This document shows, in pieces, positions 19,644-29,350 of a stretch of 64,000 bases of DNA; the stretch's first letter is position 1, and the number at the start of each line of letters is the position of its first letter. A program made the translations under genes and the position numbers. Below the pieces are notes generated by a model. The model searched no databases, was not told the DNA's origin, and saw only the letters and a program-made list of their open reading frames with translations. This DNA comes from Clostridiales bacterium. Its GTDB lineage: Bacteria; Bacillota; Clostridia; Christensenellales; CAG-138. The stretch spans positions 117,742 to 181,741 of the forward strand of contig SFCQ01000004.1 in the NCBI GenBank assembly GCA_004558525.1, given 5' to 3'.

Positions 19644-21344
19644 ATGAGACAAAATGAGCTTATACGCGCAGCATATGAGGGCAAAAGCACGCTCGTTATA
19701 AAAAATGCCCGCGTCATAAACGTTTTTACAAAAGAGATAACCAAGGCCGACGTTGCCGTGTATGAGGACATAATAACCGGCATAGGCTCCTACAGCGGCG
19801 AAAACGAGATAGACGCTAACGGCGCTTATCTCGCCCCGGGGTTTATAGACGCCCATGTGCATATAGAAAGCAGCATGGTGATACCCTCCTCTTTCATGAG
19901 GGTGATAATGCCGCACGGCACCACGACCATAATCGCCGACCCGCACGAGATTGCCAACGTTGCCGGAGTTGCCGGAATAAGGGCTATGTATAAGCTTACG
20001 GACGACCTGCCGCTGAGGGTGCTTTACATGCTGCCTTCCTGCGTGCCGGCCACGCCGTTTGAGCACAGCGGCGCGAAGCTGGTAGCGGAGGATATGGAGC
20101 AATTCATGCACAAGAGCCGCATACTCGGCCTTGGCGAGGTGATGGATGCAAACTCCGTGATAAACTGCAGCCAGGAAATGCTGGATAAGCTCAGGTTGTT
20201 CGACGGTAAGCCCATAGACGGGCACGCGCCCCTGCTCGGCGGCATGGGACTAAACGCATACAGGGTGGCAGGCGCGTTCAGCGACCATGAATGTTCAAAC
20301 TATGATGAGGTAAAAGAAAAGCTCGCCACGGGCATGCGTATACTTTTAAGGATAGGCAGCGCAGCAAACAACATGGATGAGATAATGCAGCGCATAGCCT
20401 ATGAAAAGCTGCCTACGGACAACATGATGTTCTGCACGGACGACAAGCACATAGAGGATATACGCAGGCAGGGCCATATAAACGCCAATGCGCGCATGGC
20501 CGTCGCCGCAGGGCTGGACCCGATAGACGTTATAAGAATGACCTCCTACAACGCCGCAAGGGCTTACGGCATACGCGGCGTGGGGGCCATAGCCCCGGGC
20601 TACAAGGCGGACATGGTGCTGCTTGAGGATCTAAAGGACTTTAAGGTAAAAGAGGTGATAACGCGCTTCGGCCTGCCGTACACGGGCGAGGAGCCTATAC
20701 CCTCCCCGCTGCTGCCGCCGCAGGTGTTCCACAGCGTAAGGCTGCCAAAAATAACAAAGGACAGCCTCGCCCTCAGGTGCGGCGCAAGCGCGCCTGCAAT
20801 AAAGATGAAGCCGCATCAGCTCGTTACCGAGCTTGTGTACAGAGATGTTAAGCGGGACGAAAACGGCTGCTTTATCCCCGACGGCGACCTGATGAAGCTT
20901 GCCGTAATAGAAAGGCATCACGCCACAGGCAGCATGGCCGTTGGCATACTGGAGGGCTTTGGCCTTAAGCACGGGGCTATGGCCTCCACCGTTGCGCACG
21001 ATAGCCACAACCTTGTGGTCGTGGGCGACAATGACGACGATATGCTTATGGCGATAGAGGCTTTAAGCGAGTGCGGCGGCGGCTACTGCGTGGTTAGCCG
21101 CGGGGTTGTGCTTGCAAGGCTGCCGCTGCCCATAGCGGGGCTTATGAGCAACGCGCCCGTCAACGAGGTGCTGGAGCTGCAGCAGGCGCTGCTTGATGCC
21201 GCATACTCGCTTGGCACAAAGCGCGATAACGACCCGCTCACGGCGTTATCGTTTATGGCGCTTCCCGTTATACCGGCCGCCAAGATGACGGACGAGGGCC
21301 TGTTTGACACCATAAACTTCCGCTTTATAAAATACAGCGATTGA
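19644..21344 (+). CDS. ade: Adenine deaminase
   Basis: 566 aa. APGFIDAHVHIESSM...GTTTIIADPHEIANV is characteristic of adenine deaminase. Confidence 0.9.
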   Translation: MRQNELIRAAYEGKSTLVIKNARVINVFTKEITKADVAVYEDIITGIGSYSGENEIDANGAYLAPGFIDAHVHIESSMVIPSSFMRVIMPHGTTTIIADPHEIANVAGVAGIRAMYKLTDDLPLRVLYMLPSCVPATPFEHSGAKLVAEDMEQFMHKSRILGLGEVMDANSVINCSQEMLDKLRLFDGKPIDGHAPLLGGMGLNAYRVAGAFSDHECSNYDEVKEKLATGMRILLRIGSAANNMDEIMQRIAYEKLPTDNMMFCTDDKHIEDIRRQGHINANARMAVAAGLDPIDVIRMTSYNAARAYGIRGVGAIAPGYKADMVLLEDLKDFKVKEVITRFGLPYTGEEPIPSPLLPPQVFHSVRLPKITKDSLALRCGASAPAIKMKPHQLVTELVYRDVKRDENGCFIPDGDLMKLAVIERHHATGSMAVGILEGFGLKHGAMASTVAHDSHNLVVVGDNDDDMLMAIEALSECGGGYCVVSRGVVLARLPLPIAGLMSNAPVNEVLELQQALLDAAYSLGTKRDNDPLTALSFMALPVIPAAKMTDEGLFDTINFRFIKYSD

Positions 21345-21415
21345 TATACTATTGTATATAATTATAAGGTTCATATATATCAACTTCATATATTGAAACA
21401 TGAAAGGAGCTGCCA

Positions 21416-23704
21416 ATGGGCGTTATAGGACAAAGCGTAAAGCGCGTAGACGCGCCTGACAAGGTAACAGGACGCGCAAAATATACCGACGATCTTGCCG
21501 ACCGTTCGGCGCTTATAATAAAGGTGGTGCGCTCCACCATCGCGCACGGCTATGTTAAAAGCATAGATACGAGCGAGGCTGAAAAGGTGCCAGGCGTGGT
21601 GAAAATAGTCACCTGCTTCGACGTGCCTGATATACCGTTCCCGACTGCGGGGCATCCGTGGAGCACCGACCCTCACCATCAGGACGTGGCGGACAGGCTT
21701 CTTCTTAATCGCCATGTGCGCTATTATGGCGACGATGTCGCCGCCGTTATAGCAAAGGACGAGGTAGCCGCCGTTCAGGCAATGCGCAAGGTAAAGGTGG
21801 AGTATGAGGAGCTTCCCTTCGTCCTTGATCAGCTTGAGGCAATGAAGGACGGCGCGCCGCAGCTGCACGAAAACTTCAAAAACAACATACTTGCGCATAC
21901 CTCGTATGAGGACGGCAACTATGAGGAAGCGATAAAGGAACCCGGGCTCATAGTTGTTGACAAATGGTACGATACGCCTACGGTGCAGCATTGCCATATA
22001 GAAAACCACATATGCTATGCATATATGGAGGCCGGCAAGATAAACGTAGTCAGCTCAACGCAGATACCGCACATAGTAAGAAGGATAGTTGGCCAGGCGC
22101 TGGGCATAGACTGGGGAGACGTAAGGATAGTCAAGCCATACATAGGCGGCGGCTTCGGCAATAAGCAGGACGCGCTGTATGAGCCGCTGTGCGCTTATCT
22201 TTCAACCGTGGTCGGCGGCAGGCTTGTCAAGATAGACATGACCAGGGAGGAAACCTTCACCTGCAACAGGGTGCGCCACGCCATACGCTATCATATAACC
22301 ACCCATGTGCGGCCGGACGGTACCTTCGTCGCGGGAAGGATGGAAGCATTCTCCAATCAGGGCGCATACGCCAGCCACGGCCACGGCATATGCGCTAAGG
22401 GCGCGGGCGCATACAGGCAGCTGTACCGCTACCGTTCCGCCTGCAAGGGGGACGCTTATACAATATTCACCAACACCCCTGCATCGGGCGCAATGCGCGG
22501 CTACGGCATACCCCAGATGATGTTCGCAATGGAAAGCCATGTGGACGATATAGCAAAAAGGCTGAACATGCCCCCGCTCGAGCTTAGGAAGCTCAACCTT
22601 ATGGAGGTTGGCTACAAGGACGGTTTCTCCAAAAACGAGAACTATTTTGATAGCTTTAACCAGTGCATAGAAAAGGGCATGAAGTATATAGACTACGAAA
22701 GGAAGCTTAAGGAGTTCGCAAACGACAAGGGGCCCGTAAGGCGCGGCATAGGCATGGCCGTTTTCTGGTACAATACCGCCGTTTGGCCCATATCGCTTGA
22801 AAGCTCCTCCTGCCGTATGGTGCTTAATCAGGACGGCTCCGTTCAGCTTCAGCTTGCGGAGACCGAGATAGGCCAGGGCGCGGACACGGCCTTCAGCCAG
22901 ATGGCGGCGGACGAGCTGAGCATACCGCTTGAAAAGGTGCATATAATCTCCTCCCAGGATACCGACGTTACCCCCTTTGGCACGGGCGCATACGCAAGCA
23001 GGCAGACATATGTGGGCGGCTTTGCCGTGCAGCAGACGGCAAGGCTTATGAAGGAGCGGATACTGCTTGCCGCGCACGAGCTGACCAGGATGAGCGTGCA
23101 TAACCTTGATTTAGAGGACGGCTATATTATAAACATAAACAACCGCCGCCGGCTGATGTCGCTTAAGGAGCTTGCGACAGAGGCGCTTTACAGCTTTGAG
23201 CACAGCCAGCATATCACGGCGGAAAGCACATATCAGGTAAAGTCAAATGCATATTCCTTCGGCTGCTCGTTTGCGGAGGTAGAGGTGGACATACCGCTCT
23301 GCAAGGTAAAGCTGATAAATATGGTAAACGTGCATGACTGCGGAAGGCTTATAAATCCGGCGCTTGCCGCGGCGCAGGTGCACGGCGGCATGAGCATGGC
23401 CATAGGCTACGGGCTGAGCGAGCAGCTGCTCTTCGATAAAAAGACGGGCAGGCCGCTCAACAACAACCTGCTCGACTACAAGCTTTCAACAACAATGGAT
23501 CACCCGCATCTTGAGGCGCAGTTCGTTGAAAACTACGAGCCTACCAGCGCCTACGGCACAAAGGCCCTTGGCGAGCCGCCGGCAACAAGCGGAGCGCCCG
23601 CGATACGCAACGCCGTGCTGAACGCCACGGGCGTTGAGATAGACTCCGCGCCGCTTACGCCGCACATTCTGTTTGAGCGGTTCCGCAAGGAAGGGCTTAT
23701 ATAA
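21416..23704 (+). CDS. xdhA: Xanthine dehydrogenase family, molybdopterin-binding large subunit
   Basis: 762 aa. VGQSVKRVDAPDKVTGRAKYTDD..., ...GGGFGNKQD... and ...GEPP... are motifs of aldehyde oxidase/XDH Mo subunits. Subunit sizes and order mirror XdhABC. Confidence 0.9.
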   Translation: MGVIGQSVKRVDAPDKVTGRAKYTDDLADRSALIIKVVRSTIAHGYVKSIDTSEAEKVPGVVKIVTCFDVPDIPFPTAGHPWSTDPHHQDVADRLLLNRHVRYYGDDVAAVIAKDEVAAVQAMRKVKVEYEELPFVLDQLEAMKDGAPQLHENFKNNILAHTSYEDGNYEEAIKEPGLIVVDKWYDTPTVQHCHIENHICYAYMEAGKINVVSSTQIPHIVRRIVGQALGIDWGDVRIVKPYIGGGFGNKQDALYEPLCAYLSTVVGGRLVKIDMTREETFTCNRVRHAIRYHITTHVRPDGTFVAGRMEAFSNQGAYASHGHGICAKGAGAYRQLYRYRSACKGDAYTIFTNTPASGAMRGYGIPQMMFAMESHVDDIAKRLNMPPLELRKLNLMEVGYKDGFSKNENYFDSFNQCIEKGMKYIDYERKLKEFANDKGPVRRGIGMAVFWYNTAVWPISLESSSCRMVLNQDGSVQLQLAETEIGQGADTAFSQMAADELSIPLEKVHIISSQDTDVTPFGTGAYASRQTYVGGFAVQQTARLMKERILLAAHELTRMSVHNLDLEDGYIININNRRRLMSLKELATEALYSFEHSQHITAESTYQVKSNAYSFGCSFAEVEVDIPLCKVKLINMVNVHDCGRLINPALAAAQVHGGMSMAIGYGLSEQLLFDKKTGRPLNNNLLDYKLSTTMDHPHLEAQFVENYEPTSAYGTKALGEPPATSGAPAIRNAVLNATGVEIDSAPLTPHILFERFRKEGLI

Positions 23705-23740
23705 GCTGTATAGGCTATATCTATTATGGAGGAATGAGCT

Positions 23741-24622
23741 ATGTATGATATAAAAGCGCTTTATGAAGCTTTCAGCGTAGAAGAAGCGGTCTCGCTTATG
23801 CAAAAGCATCCGGAGGCCAGGATAATCGCCGGCGGCAGCGACGTGCTTATAAAGCTGCGCGAAGGCAAGCTTGCCGGCTGCGAGCTTGTGAGCATATATA
23901 CGATAGACGCTTTGAGGGGCGTTAAGCTTGATGAGGACGGCGCCATACGCATACTGCCCTTAACAAGCTTTTCGCACATAACAAAGGACCCTATAATAAA
24001 CGAGCATATAAAGGTTCTTGGCGAAGCTGTGGACATGGTGGGCGGCCCGCAGATAAGGAACATAGGCACCATAGGCGGCAACATATCAAACGGCGTTACC
24101 AGTGCGGACTCCGCAAGCACGCTGCACGCATGGGACGCTATTGTTGAGCTTACCGGTCCGGACGGCGTGAGGCAGCTGCCGATAAGCGAATATTATGTAA
24201 GCGCAGGAAAGGTGGCGCTTAAGCCATGCGAGCTGCTTACGGCCATACTCATTAGAAAGCAAAGCTATTCAGGCTACAAGGGGCATTATATTAAATACGC
24301 CATGCGAAACGCTATGGACATAGCCACGCTTGGCTGCTCCGTAAACGTAAAGCTGAGCGATGATAAAAAGAGCGTGTCCGATGCGCGCATAGCTTACGGA
24401 GTAGCAGGCCCCGTCCCCATGAGGGCAAAAACGGCGGAGGAAAGGATAAAGAATATGCCTGTTTCACATGAAACAGTGGAGCTTTTTGCCGAGGCCGTGG
24501 AGCAGGATATAAACCCGAGGGACAGCTGGAGGGCAAGCAGGGATTTCAGGCTGCATCTTGCCAGGGAGCTTGCAAGGCGCTGCCTAACCGAATCCATACG
24601 CCTTAACGGAGGTGAACTGTAA
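23741..24622 (+). CDS. xdhB: Xanthine dehydrogenase FAD-binding subunit
   Basis: 293 aa. ...IIAGGSDVLIKLREG... and ...NIGTIGGNI... are CO-dehydrogenase flavoprotein-type motifs. Confidence 0.9.
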   Translation: MYDIKALYEAFSVEEAVSLMQKHPEARIIAGGSDVLIKLREGKLAGCELVSIYTIDALRGVKLDEDGAIRILPLTSFSHITKDPIINEHIKVLGEAVDMVGGPQIRNIGTIGGNISNGVTSADSASTLHAWDAIVELTGPDGVRQLPISEYYVSAGKVALKPCELLTAILIRKQSYSGYKGHYIKYAMRNAMDIATLGCSVNVKLSDDKKSVSDARIAYGVAGPVPMRAKTAEERIKNMPVSHETVELFAEAVEQDINPRDSWRASRDFRLHLARELARRCLTESIRLNGGEL

Positions 24623-25122
24623 TGGCACAGATGAAGCTTGTAAAATGCACCATAAACGGGGAATATACGGAAACCATGGTGGACGTGAGGGCCTCGCTTA
24701 CCGATATGCTGAGGAATGATTTCCGCCTTACATCGGTAAAAAAAGGGTGCGAGGTTGGCGAGTGCGGCGCATGCAACGTTATAATAGACGGCGAGTGCTA
24801 CAATTCCTGCATATATCTTGCCGTATGGGCGGACGGTAAAAGCATACGCACGCTTGAATGCCTTTTAGGCCCAAACGGCGAGCTTTCGGATATTCAGCAG
24901 GCGTTTGTTGACGAGGCCGCCGTGCAGTGCGGCTTCTGCACGCCCGGCTTTATAATGAGCGCGGTGGAGATACTTGAAAGCGGAAAGCGCTACACAAGGG
25001 ACGAGCTTCGCAAGCTTTTGAGCGGGCATCTCTGCCGCTGCACAGGCTATGAAAACATACTTAACGCGGTTGAAAAAACGATGAACAAACGCCTTGAACA
25101 GAAAGAGCAAGGGGAAAAATAA
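24622..25122 (+). CDS. xdhC: Xanthine dehydrogenase [2Fe-2S] iron-sulfur subunit
   Basis: 166 aa with GCEVGECGACNV and CGFCTPGF...CRCTGY cluster motifs. Confidence 0.92.
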   Translation: MAQMKLVKCTINGEYTETMVDVRASLTDMLRNDFRLTSVKKGCEVGECGACNVIIDGECYNSCIYLAVWADGKSIRTLECLLGPNGELSDIQQAFVDEAAVQCGFCTPGFIMSAVEILESGKRYTRDELRKLLSGHLCRCTGYENILNAVEKTMNKRLEQKEQGEK

Positions 25123-25125
25123 GCC

Positions 25126-25719
25126 ATGTTCCAGCAGGTATCGGGGGGAGCAAAGGATTCCTCAAAGATGGATTTTATCATTATATTGGCGCTCGTGCTG
25201 CTAATTATATTTATAAGGCGGCTTTCGGAGCTTTTTGCGGCTTTTGCTTCTCCCTTCAACATAATAGCGCAGGTATTCCTATTCGGCGCTATAGTCGCGG
25301 GGCTTTTGATGCTTTATGAAAGGCGGCTGTGCTCATATCGTTACAGCATAGTATACGACCCCTCGCCCAAAACCGACGAGGAGGGCAATGTGATATCGGC
25401 GCCTATAACATGGAAAAAGGGAACGTTCCTGTTTGAGCGCATGGTTGCCGTAAAGGGAAAGGTCATTGAGGCTGTTCAGCCTGAGGAATTTGTGAAACTG
25501 ATAGAGCCCGAAAAGCCCTGCACCGATGAAAACGGCAATGCGGTAGCTATACCCATATCAAGGCAATCCAAGCTCACCAATCTGCCCGCAAAAAAGGCGT
25601 ACAAGCTTATATTCAGGCGCAGCGGCAGGCTTTACAGCATAGATTTCAGCCCTGATGAGGAGTTCCTATGCTATGTTGAAAAGGCCATGCAGCCTGAAGC
25701 GCAGGCTGAGCAGGCATAG
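25126..25719 (+). CDS. Hypothetical membrane protein (two TM helices plus a soluble C-terminal domain), co-oriented with xdhABC
   Basis: 197-aa ORF starting 4 nt after the xdhC stop. I recognise no motif. Confidence 0.5.
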   Translation: MFQQVSGGAKDSSKMDFIIILALVLLIIFIRRLSELFAAFASPFNIIAQVFLFGAIVAGLLMLYERRLCSYRYSIVYDPSPKTDEEGNVISAPITWKKGTFLFERMVAVKGKVIEAVQPEEFVKLIEPEKPCTDENGNAVAIPISRQSKLTNLPAKKAYKLIFRRSGRLYSIDFSPDEEFLCYVEKAMQPEAQAEQA

Positions 25720-25852
25720 CTTATAACGTATTTCATATAGCCTTTATCCAATGCAGTTTATTGAAAAAACATATAATTTAGTGTAATATTAGTCCTGATT
25801 TGATTTATTAGAAGCTCGGGGCTAATATTTTTTTGACTGCGAGGGTAGTAAT

Positions 25853-26380
25853 ATGAACAGCACCACAAAAAACCTTATATACTGCGCGCTTTTTGCGGCG
25901 CTTACGGCCGTGTTTTCGCAGATAGCCATACCGATAGAGCCTGTACCCGTCAACCTGGCGCTTTTTTCCGTATTTGTAGCCGGCGGCCTGCTTGGCGCGG
26001 CAAAGGGCAGCATAAGCCAGGCTGTGTATATTCTGCTTGGGGCTGTCGGCGCGCCGGTGTTTTCAAACCTGCACGGCGGCTTTCAGGTGCTTATCGGGCC
26101 TACCGGCGGCTATATAGCGGGCTATGTTGTCGCGGCGCTGGCGGCAGGCATTGTCGCGGAGCGCTTCGGCAGGAAAACCGTACCCGTTATAATAGGCTGC
26201 GTCATAGGCTTGGCCGCGTGTTATACCATGGGTACTGTATGGTATTGCTTTCAATCCGCTACCCCGTTCGGCGCGGCGCTTTCGCTTTGCGTGCTGCCCT
26301 TTCTTCCCGGGGATACCATAAAAATAGCAGCCGCGGCGCTTATCGTGCCACGGCTGTATAAGGCGGTTTATAAGGCTTAG
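25853..26380 (+). CDS. bioY: Biotin transporter BioY (ECF S-component)
   Basis: 175 aa; ...VPV.L..F.V...G.LLG...G.........LGA.G.PVFS...GG...L.GPTGGYI.GY... Confidence 0.9.
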   Translation: MNSTTKNLIYCALFAALTAVFSQIAIPIEPVPVNLALFSVFVAGGLLGAAKGSISQAVYILLGAVGAPVFSNLHGGFQVLIGPTGGYIAGYVVAALAAGIVAERFGRKTVPVIIGCVIGLAACYTMGTVWYCFQSATPFGAALSLCVLPFLPGDTIKIAAAALIVPRLYKAVYKA

Positions 26381-26388
26381 CCCAGCCT

Positions 26389-26457
26389 CTGAGTATCGAA
26401 AAAGTGGCGGACAGCCACTTTTTCGACTACCTGAAAGGCGGACAGCTCCGCCTTTTT
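26389..26457. terminator. Two back-to-back hairpins between convergent bioY and jag; the first is the family-1 AAAAAGTGGC/GCCACTTTTT module
   Basis: ATCGAAAAAGTGGC-GGACA-GCCACTTTTTCGAC (26389-26427), then AAAGGCGGA-CAGC-TCCGCCTTTTTT (26434-26457). Confidence 0.75.
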
Positions 26458-26467
26458 TAATATGATT

Positions 26468-27418
26468 TTACCGCTCTTCCCTTGATTTTGGCGCTATTAC
26501 CACCCTGCGGTTAGGCTCCTCACCCTCGCTGTATGTGGTGACATAGGGGTTGTTTTGCAGCGTGGCGTGCAGCACCCTTCTTTCATAAGGATTCATGGGC
26601 TCAAGCGTGCGCGCCCTGCCGGTGCTCCTCACCTGAGAGGCCACCTTTCTTGCCAGCCTTGCAAGCGTTTCTTCCCTTCTTTCCCTATAACCCTCGGTAT
26701 CTATGGTGACCCTTGTGTAGCCCCTTTCCTTCCTGGCCCTGTTCACATGCAGGCTGGTAAGGTACTGTATGGCGTCAAGCGTTTCCCCCCTGTGGCCTAT
26801 AAGCACGCCCATTCCGGAGGAATCTATCCTCAGCCTTATTCCCTCCTCCTCGCTGACGTTGGCAAGCACCTGCGCTTCGACGCCCATAAGCGAGAGCATC
26901 TGCTTGAGGAAGGCGGCGGCCTCGTTATTCTCGGCAGCTTCAAGGGTATAGTCTATTTGGGGCTTTTCCATCGCGCTGTCGCGGCGCACGCGCTCACGCC
27001 TCGGCCTGTCCTCATTACGCTGCGGCTGCACGGCGGCGGCTTCAATGCCGTTATTGTCTATATAGGCTTCGCTGTTGTCCCTTCTTTCGGGCCTCGGCCT
27101 CCTATCCTGACGCGGGGCGCGCTCGCGCCTGTTCTGGCTGCTGCGGCGATCCCTGTTGTAGGGGGAGCTTTCCCTCTGCCCGCTGCGGCTGCCCGTGCGC
27201 ACCCTGTCAGCGTCGGTAAGGTAGTCGGGTATAACTATCTGCTCGGGCTCCCTTTCTATAAGCCTTACTATTGCAGGCTTCGCGCCTATGCCCAATAAGC
27301 CCTTGGTTTCGTGCTGAACTATATCTATTTCAACTTCATCTATCGATACCTCAAGCTCCTTGAGGCCGTTAAATATTGCTTCGTCTATCGTTTTTCCTGA
27401 TGCTTCCAAGGTTCTCAT
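26468..27418 (-). CDS. jag: Jag/KhpB RNA-binding protein (Jag_N + KH + R3H) with a long Arg/Asp/Glu-rich linker
   Basis: I trimmed the start to MRTLEASGKTIDEAI (Jag_N). The KH region is VLIGHRGETLDAIQYL and the R3H region is MNPYERRVLHATLQ. Confidence 0.9.
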   Translation of the reverse strand: MRTLEASGKTIDEAIFNGLKELEVSIDEVEIDIVQHETKGLLGIGAKPAIVRLIEREPEQIVIPDYLTDADRVRTGSRSGQRESSPYNRDRRSSQNRRERAPRQDRRPRPERRDNSEAYIDNNGIEAAAVQPQRNEDRPRRERVRRDSAMEKPQIDYTLEAAENNEAAAFLKQMLSLMGVEAQVLANVSEEEGIRLRIDSSGMGVLIGHRGETLDAIQYLTSLHVNRARKERGYTRVTIDTEGYRERREETLARLARKVASQVRSTGRARTLEPMNPYERRVLHATLQNNPYVTTYSEGEEPNRRVVIAPKSREER

Positions 27419-27419
27419 T

Positions 27420-28394
27420 TTACTTTGTTTCCTCCTGAATCTGGGGCGTTCTTGGGAATTTCTTATTGAGTATGACATTGACCAGTATCATTATCAGGCT
27501 TGTCAGCGTCCAATAAATTGCAAAGGCCGCGTTGTAGTTCAAGCAGAATATAAAGCTCATTATCGGGAAGAGATAATTCATCCACTTCGTGGATTTTGCA
27601 GCCTCCGCATTGGCGGCGGGGGTGCTCTTTGTCATGAGCCATGCGGAAAGGAAGTTAGATCCGCCGGCAAGTATGCTCATTATGAACCAGCCGTTGTTAT
27701 AACCGGCATAAACATCAAGGAACGGCTTTATTGCGGCGTCATATATGGCTATGGCCGATTCGTTTGAAAGTATCTGATATGTAACGTTGCCCTGATAAAC
27801 CTTTGTTACCGCAAGCCCCATTTCAACAAGCTTTTCACCGACGCCGGCCTCCTGCAAATAAAGCAGGTTTGAAAGGTTAGGGGTGGCCAAAAAGCTCGCT
27901 CCGCTTGCAAGCACGGGATATGTGCCGTTATCCGGCTGCCAGATATTGTTTATCCAAAGGAACTTAAAGGATTTGAAAAGCTCCATGGCGTTATCGTCAA
28001 CGAGCAGCCTCAGGTTCATCTCATAGCCCCAATAACGGAACGCGGCTATGAAGCAGAAGAACAGCGGCATGGTTATGAGCATAGGCAGGCAGCTGCTCCA
28101 CATGCTCACGCCCCTTTCCTTCATCAGCTTCGATTGCTCCATCTGGAAGCGCCTCGGGTCGTCGGCATACTTTTTTTGCAGTCTTTGTATTTCAGGCTGT
28201 ATGGCAGCCATCTTTGCTGAAGATTGGCGCGTCTTTATGTCGGAAAACAAAGTAAGCGCGCGAAGAAATACCGTGCTTACCAATATTGTAAGAAAAACGC
28301 TGCCGAAGCCGCTGGCTGAAAGCGAGCAGGTTATGCCGTATATCCAGCGCATGGCCTCAAGAAACCAGTTTGTCAAAAAGAAATCACCGGCCAA
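27420..28394 (-). CDS. yidC: YidC/SpoIIIJ membrane protein insertase
   Basis: 324 aa in the conserved rnpA-yidD-yidC-jag context. Multi-TM, with ...QPEIQRLQKKY.DD......E..KL.KE.GV....CLP.L..... typical of Firmicutes YidC. Confidence 0.92.
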   Translation of the reverse strand: MAGDFFLTNWFLEAMRWIYGITCSLSASGFGSVFLTILVSTVFLRALTLFSDIKTRQSSAKMAAIQPEIQRLQKKYADDPRRFQMEQSKLMKERGVSMWSSCLPMLITMPLFFCFIAAFRYWGYEMNLRLLVDDNAMELFKSFKFLWINNIWQPDNGTYPVLASGASFLATPNLSNLLYLQEAGVGEKLVEMGLAVTKVYQGNVTYQILSNESAIAIYDAAIKPFLDVYAGYNNGWFIMSILAGGSNFLSAWLMTKSTPAANAEAAKSTKWMNYLFPIMSFIFCLNYNAAFAIYWTLTSLIMILVNVILNKKFPRTPQIQEETK

Positions 28395-28454
28395 TTTTAT
28401 ATCCTCTCTTTCCTATTGCGCTTGCCTTGCGCGCAATATGAATATCGTATGTTT

Positions 28455-28700
28455 CTATGCTTTGTTTGTCGATTTGAATAAGCAAAACTCTTCCGGCACG
28501 GGATCATATCCCCCGCGCGAAAAAGGGTTGCAGCGCAGCACGCGCCACAACGCGAGCAAGCCGCCCTTAAGCGCGCCGAATCTGGCTATAGCCTCCCTGG
28601 CATAGCCGGAGCACGTTGGAATATAGCGGCAGCAGGGTCCGTGCAATGGGGATATCCACGCCCTATACCCTTCAATAAGCGTCAGCAATATACGCTTCAC
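28455..28700 (-). CDS. yidD: Membrane protein insertion efficiency factor YidD
   Basis: 81 aa; YR..ISP......CRY.PTCS.YA.EAI...G..KG..L...R.LRC.P...GGYDPVP. Confidence 0.95.
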   Translation of the reverse strand: MKRILLTLIEGYRAWISPLHGPCCRYIPTCSGYAREAIARFGALKGGLLALWRVLRCNPFSRGGYDPVPEEFCLFKSTNKA

Positions 28701-28702
28701 AA

Positions 28703-29053
28703 CTATTTTTCTTCTTTCTTCATCAGATCGCCACGACGCAGAAGGCTGCGCGCCGCGGCCTCAATACCGGCAAATTCCGCCTTCGCTATAGGTTCCCTGG
28801 CTATAACTATTATGTCATAGCCGGGCTTTATGCTGCTTATCAAGGGAGCCATAACGCTGCGCAGCCTGCGTTTTATGCGGTTGCGGCATACGCTGTTGCC
28901 AAGCTTTTTGCTTACTGAAAAGCCTATATGCGTAAGCTCCGGCGTTTTTGATCTTACATATATAAGCACCATCAGCTCGTTCGCCTTTGAGCTCCCCTTG
29001 CGGTATACGTGGCGGAACTTTTTATTCCGCTTAAGCGAATAACAGCGTTTCAC
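28703..29053 (-). CDS. rnpA: Ribonuclease P protein component
   Basis: 116-aa basic protein. ...[14 protein letters not shown]... and ...[19 protein letters not shown]... form the RNR motif. Confidence 0.95.
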   Translation of the reverse strand: MKRCYSLKRNKKFRHVYRKGSSKANELMVLIYVRSKTPELTHIGFSVSKKLGNSVCRNRIKRRLRSVMAPLISSIKPGYDIIVIAREPIAKAEFAGIEAAARSLLRRGDLMKKEEK

Positions 29054-29215
29054 CTTTAAGAATTCTTTTCCCCTTTAAGGGAGCCGGCCCAATGCGTCAA
29101 TAATAGCCTTGCCGCGTTGGGCGGCCCGTATGCGCGCTAAATACCGCGCTTTTGTTCAATATACCAAAATATCCGCTTCCGTACTGATGTATCAGCTTTT
29201 ATATATATCTGCTTA

Positions 29216-29350
29216 TCAGGCGGAGATGACCTTGCGGCCCTTGCTGCGGCGGCGGGCAAGCACGTTGCGGCCGTTCTTGGTCTTCATGCGCTGGCGGAAA
29301 CCATGCACCTTTTTGCGCTGCCTCTTTTTAGGCTGAAATGTTCCAAGCAT
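29216..29350 (-). CDS. rpmH: 50S ribosomal protein L34
   Basis: My translation of the minus strand is [44 protein letters not shown] (44 aa). It is too short for the ORF track. Confidence 0.95.
   Translation of the reverse strand: MLGTFQPKKRQRKKVHGFRQRMKTKNGRNVLARRRSKGRKVISA

Noticed and set aside
21345-21415. Tandem TTCATATAT repeats and AT-rich sequence upstream of xdhA as a specific operator.
   Set aside because: The signal is too short and low in complexity to call a binding site without comparative data. I mention it only within the purine-cluster finding.
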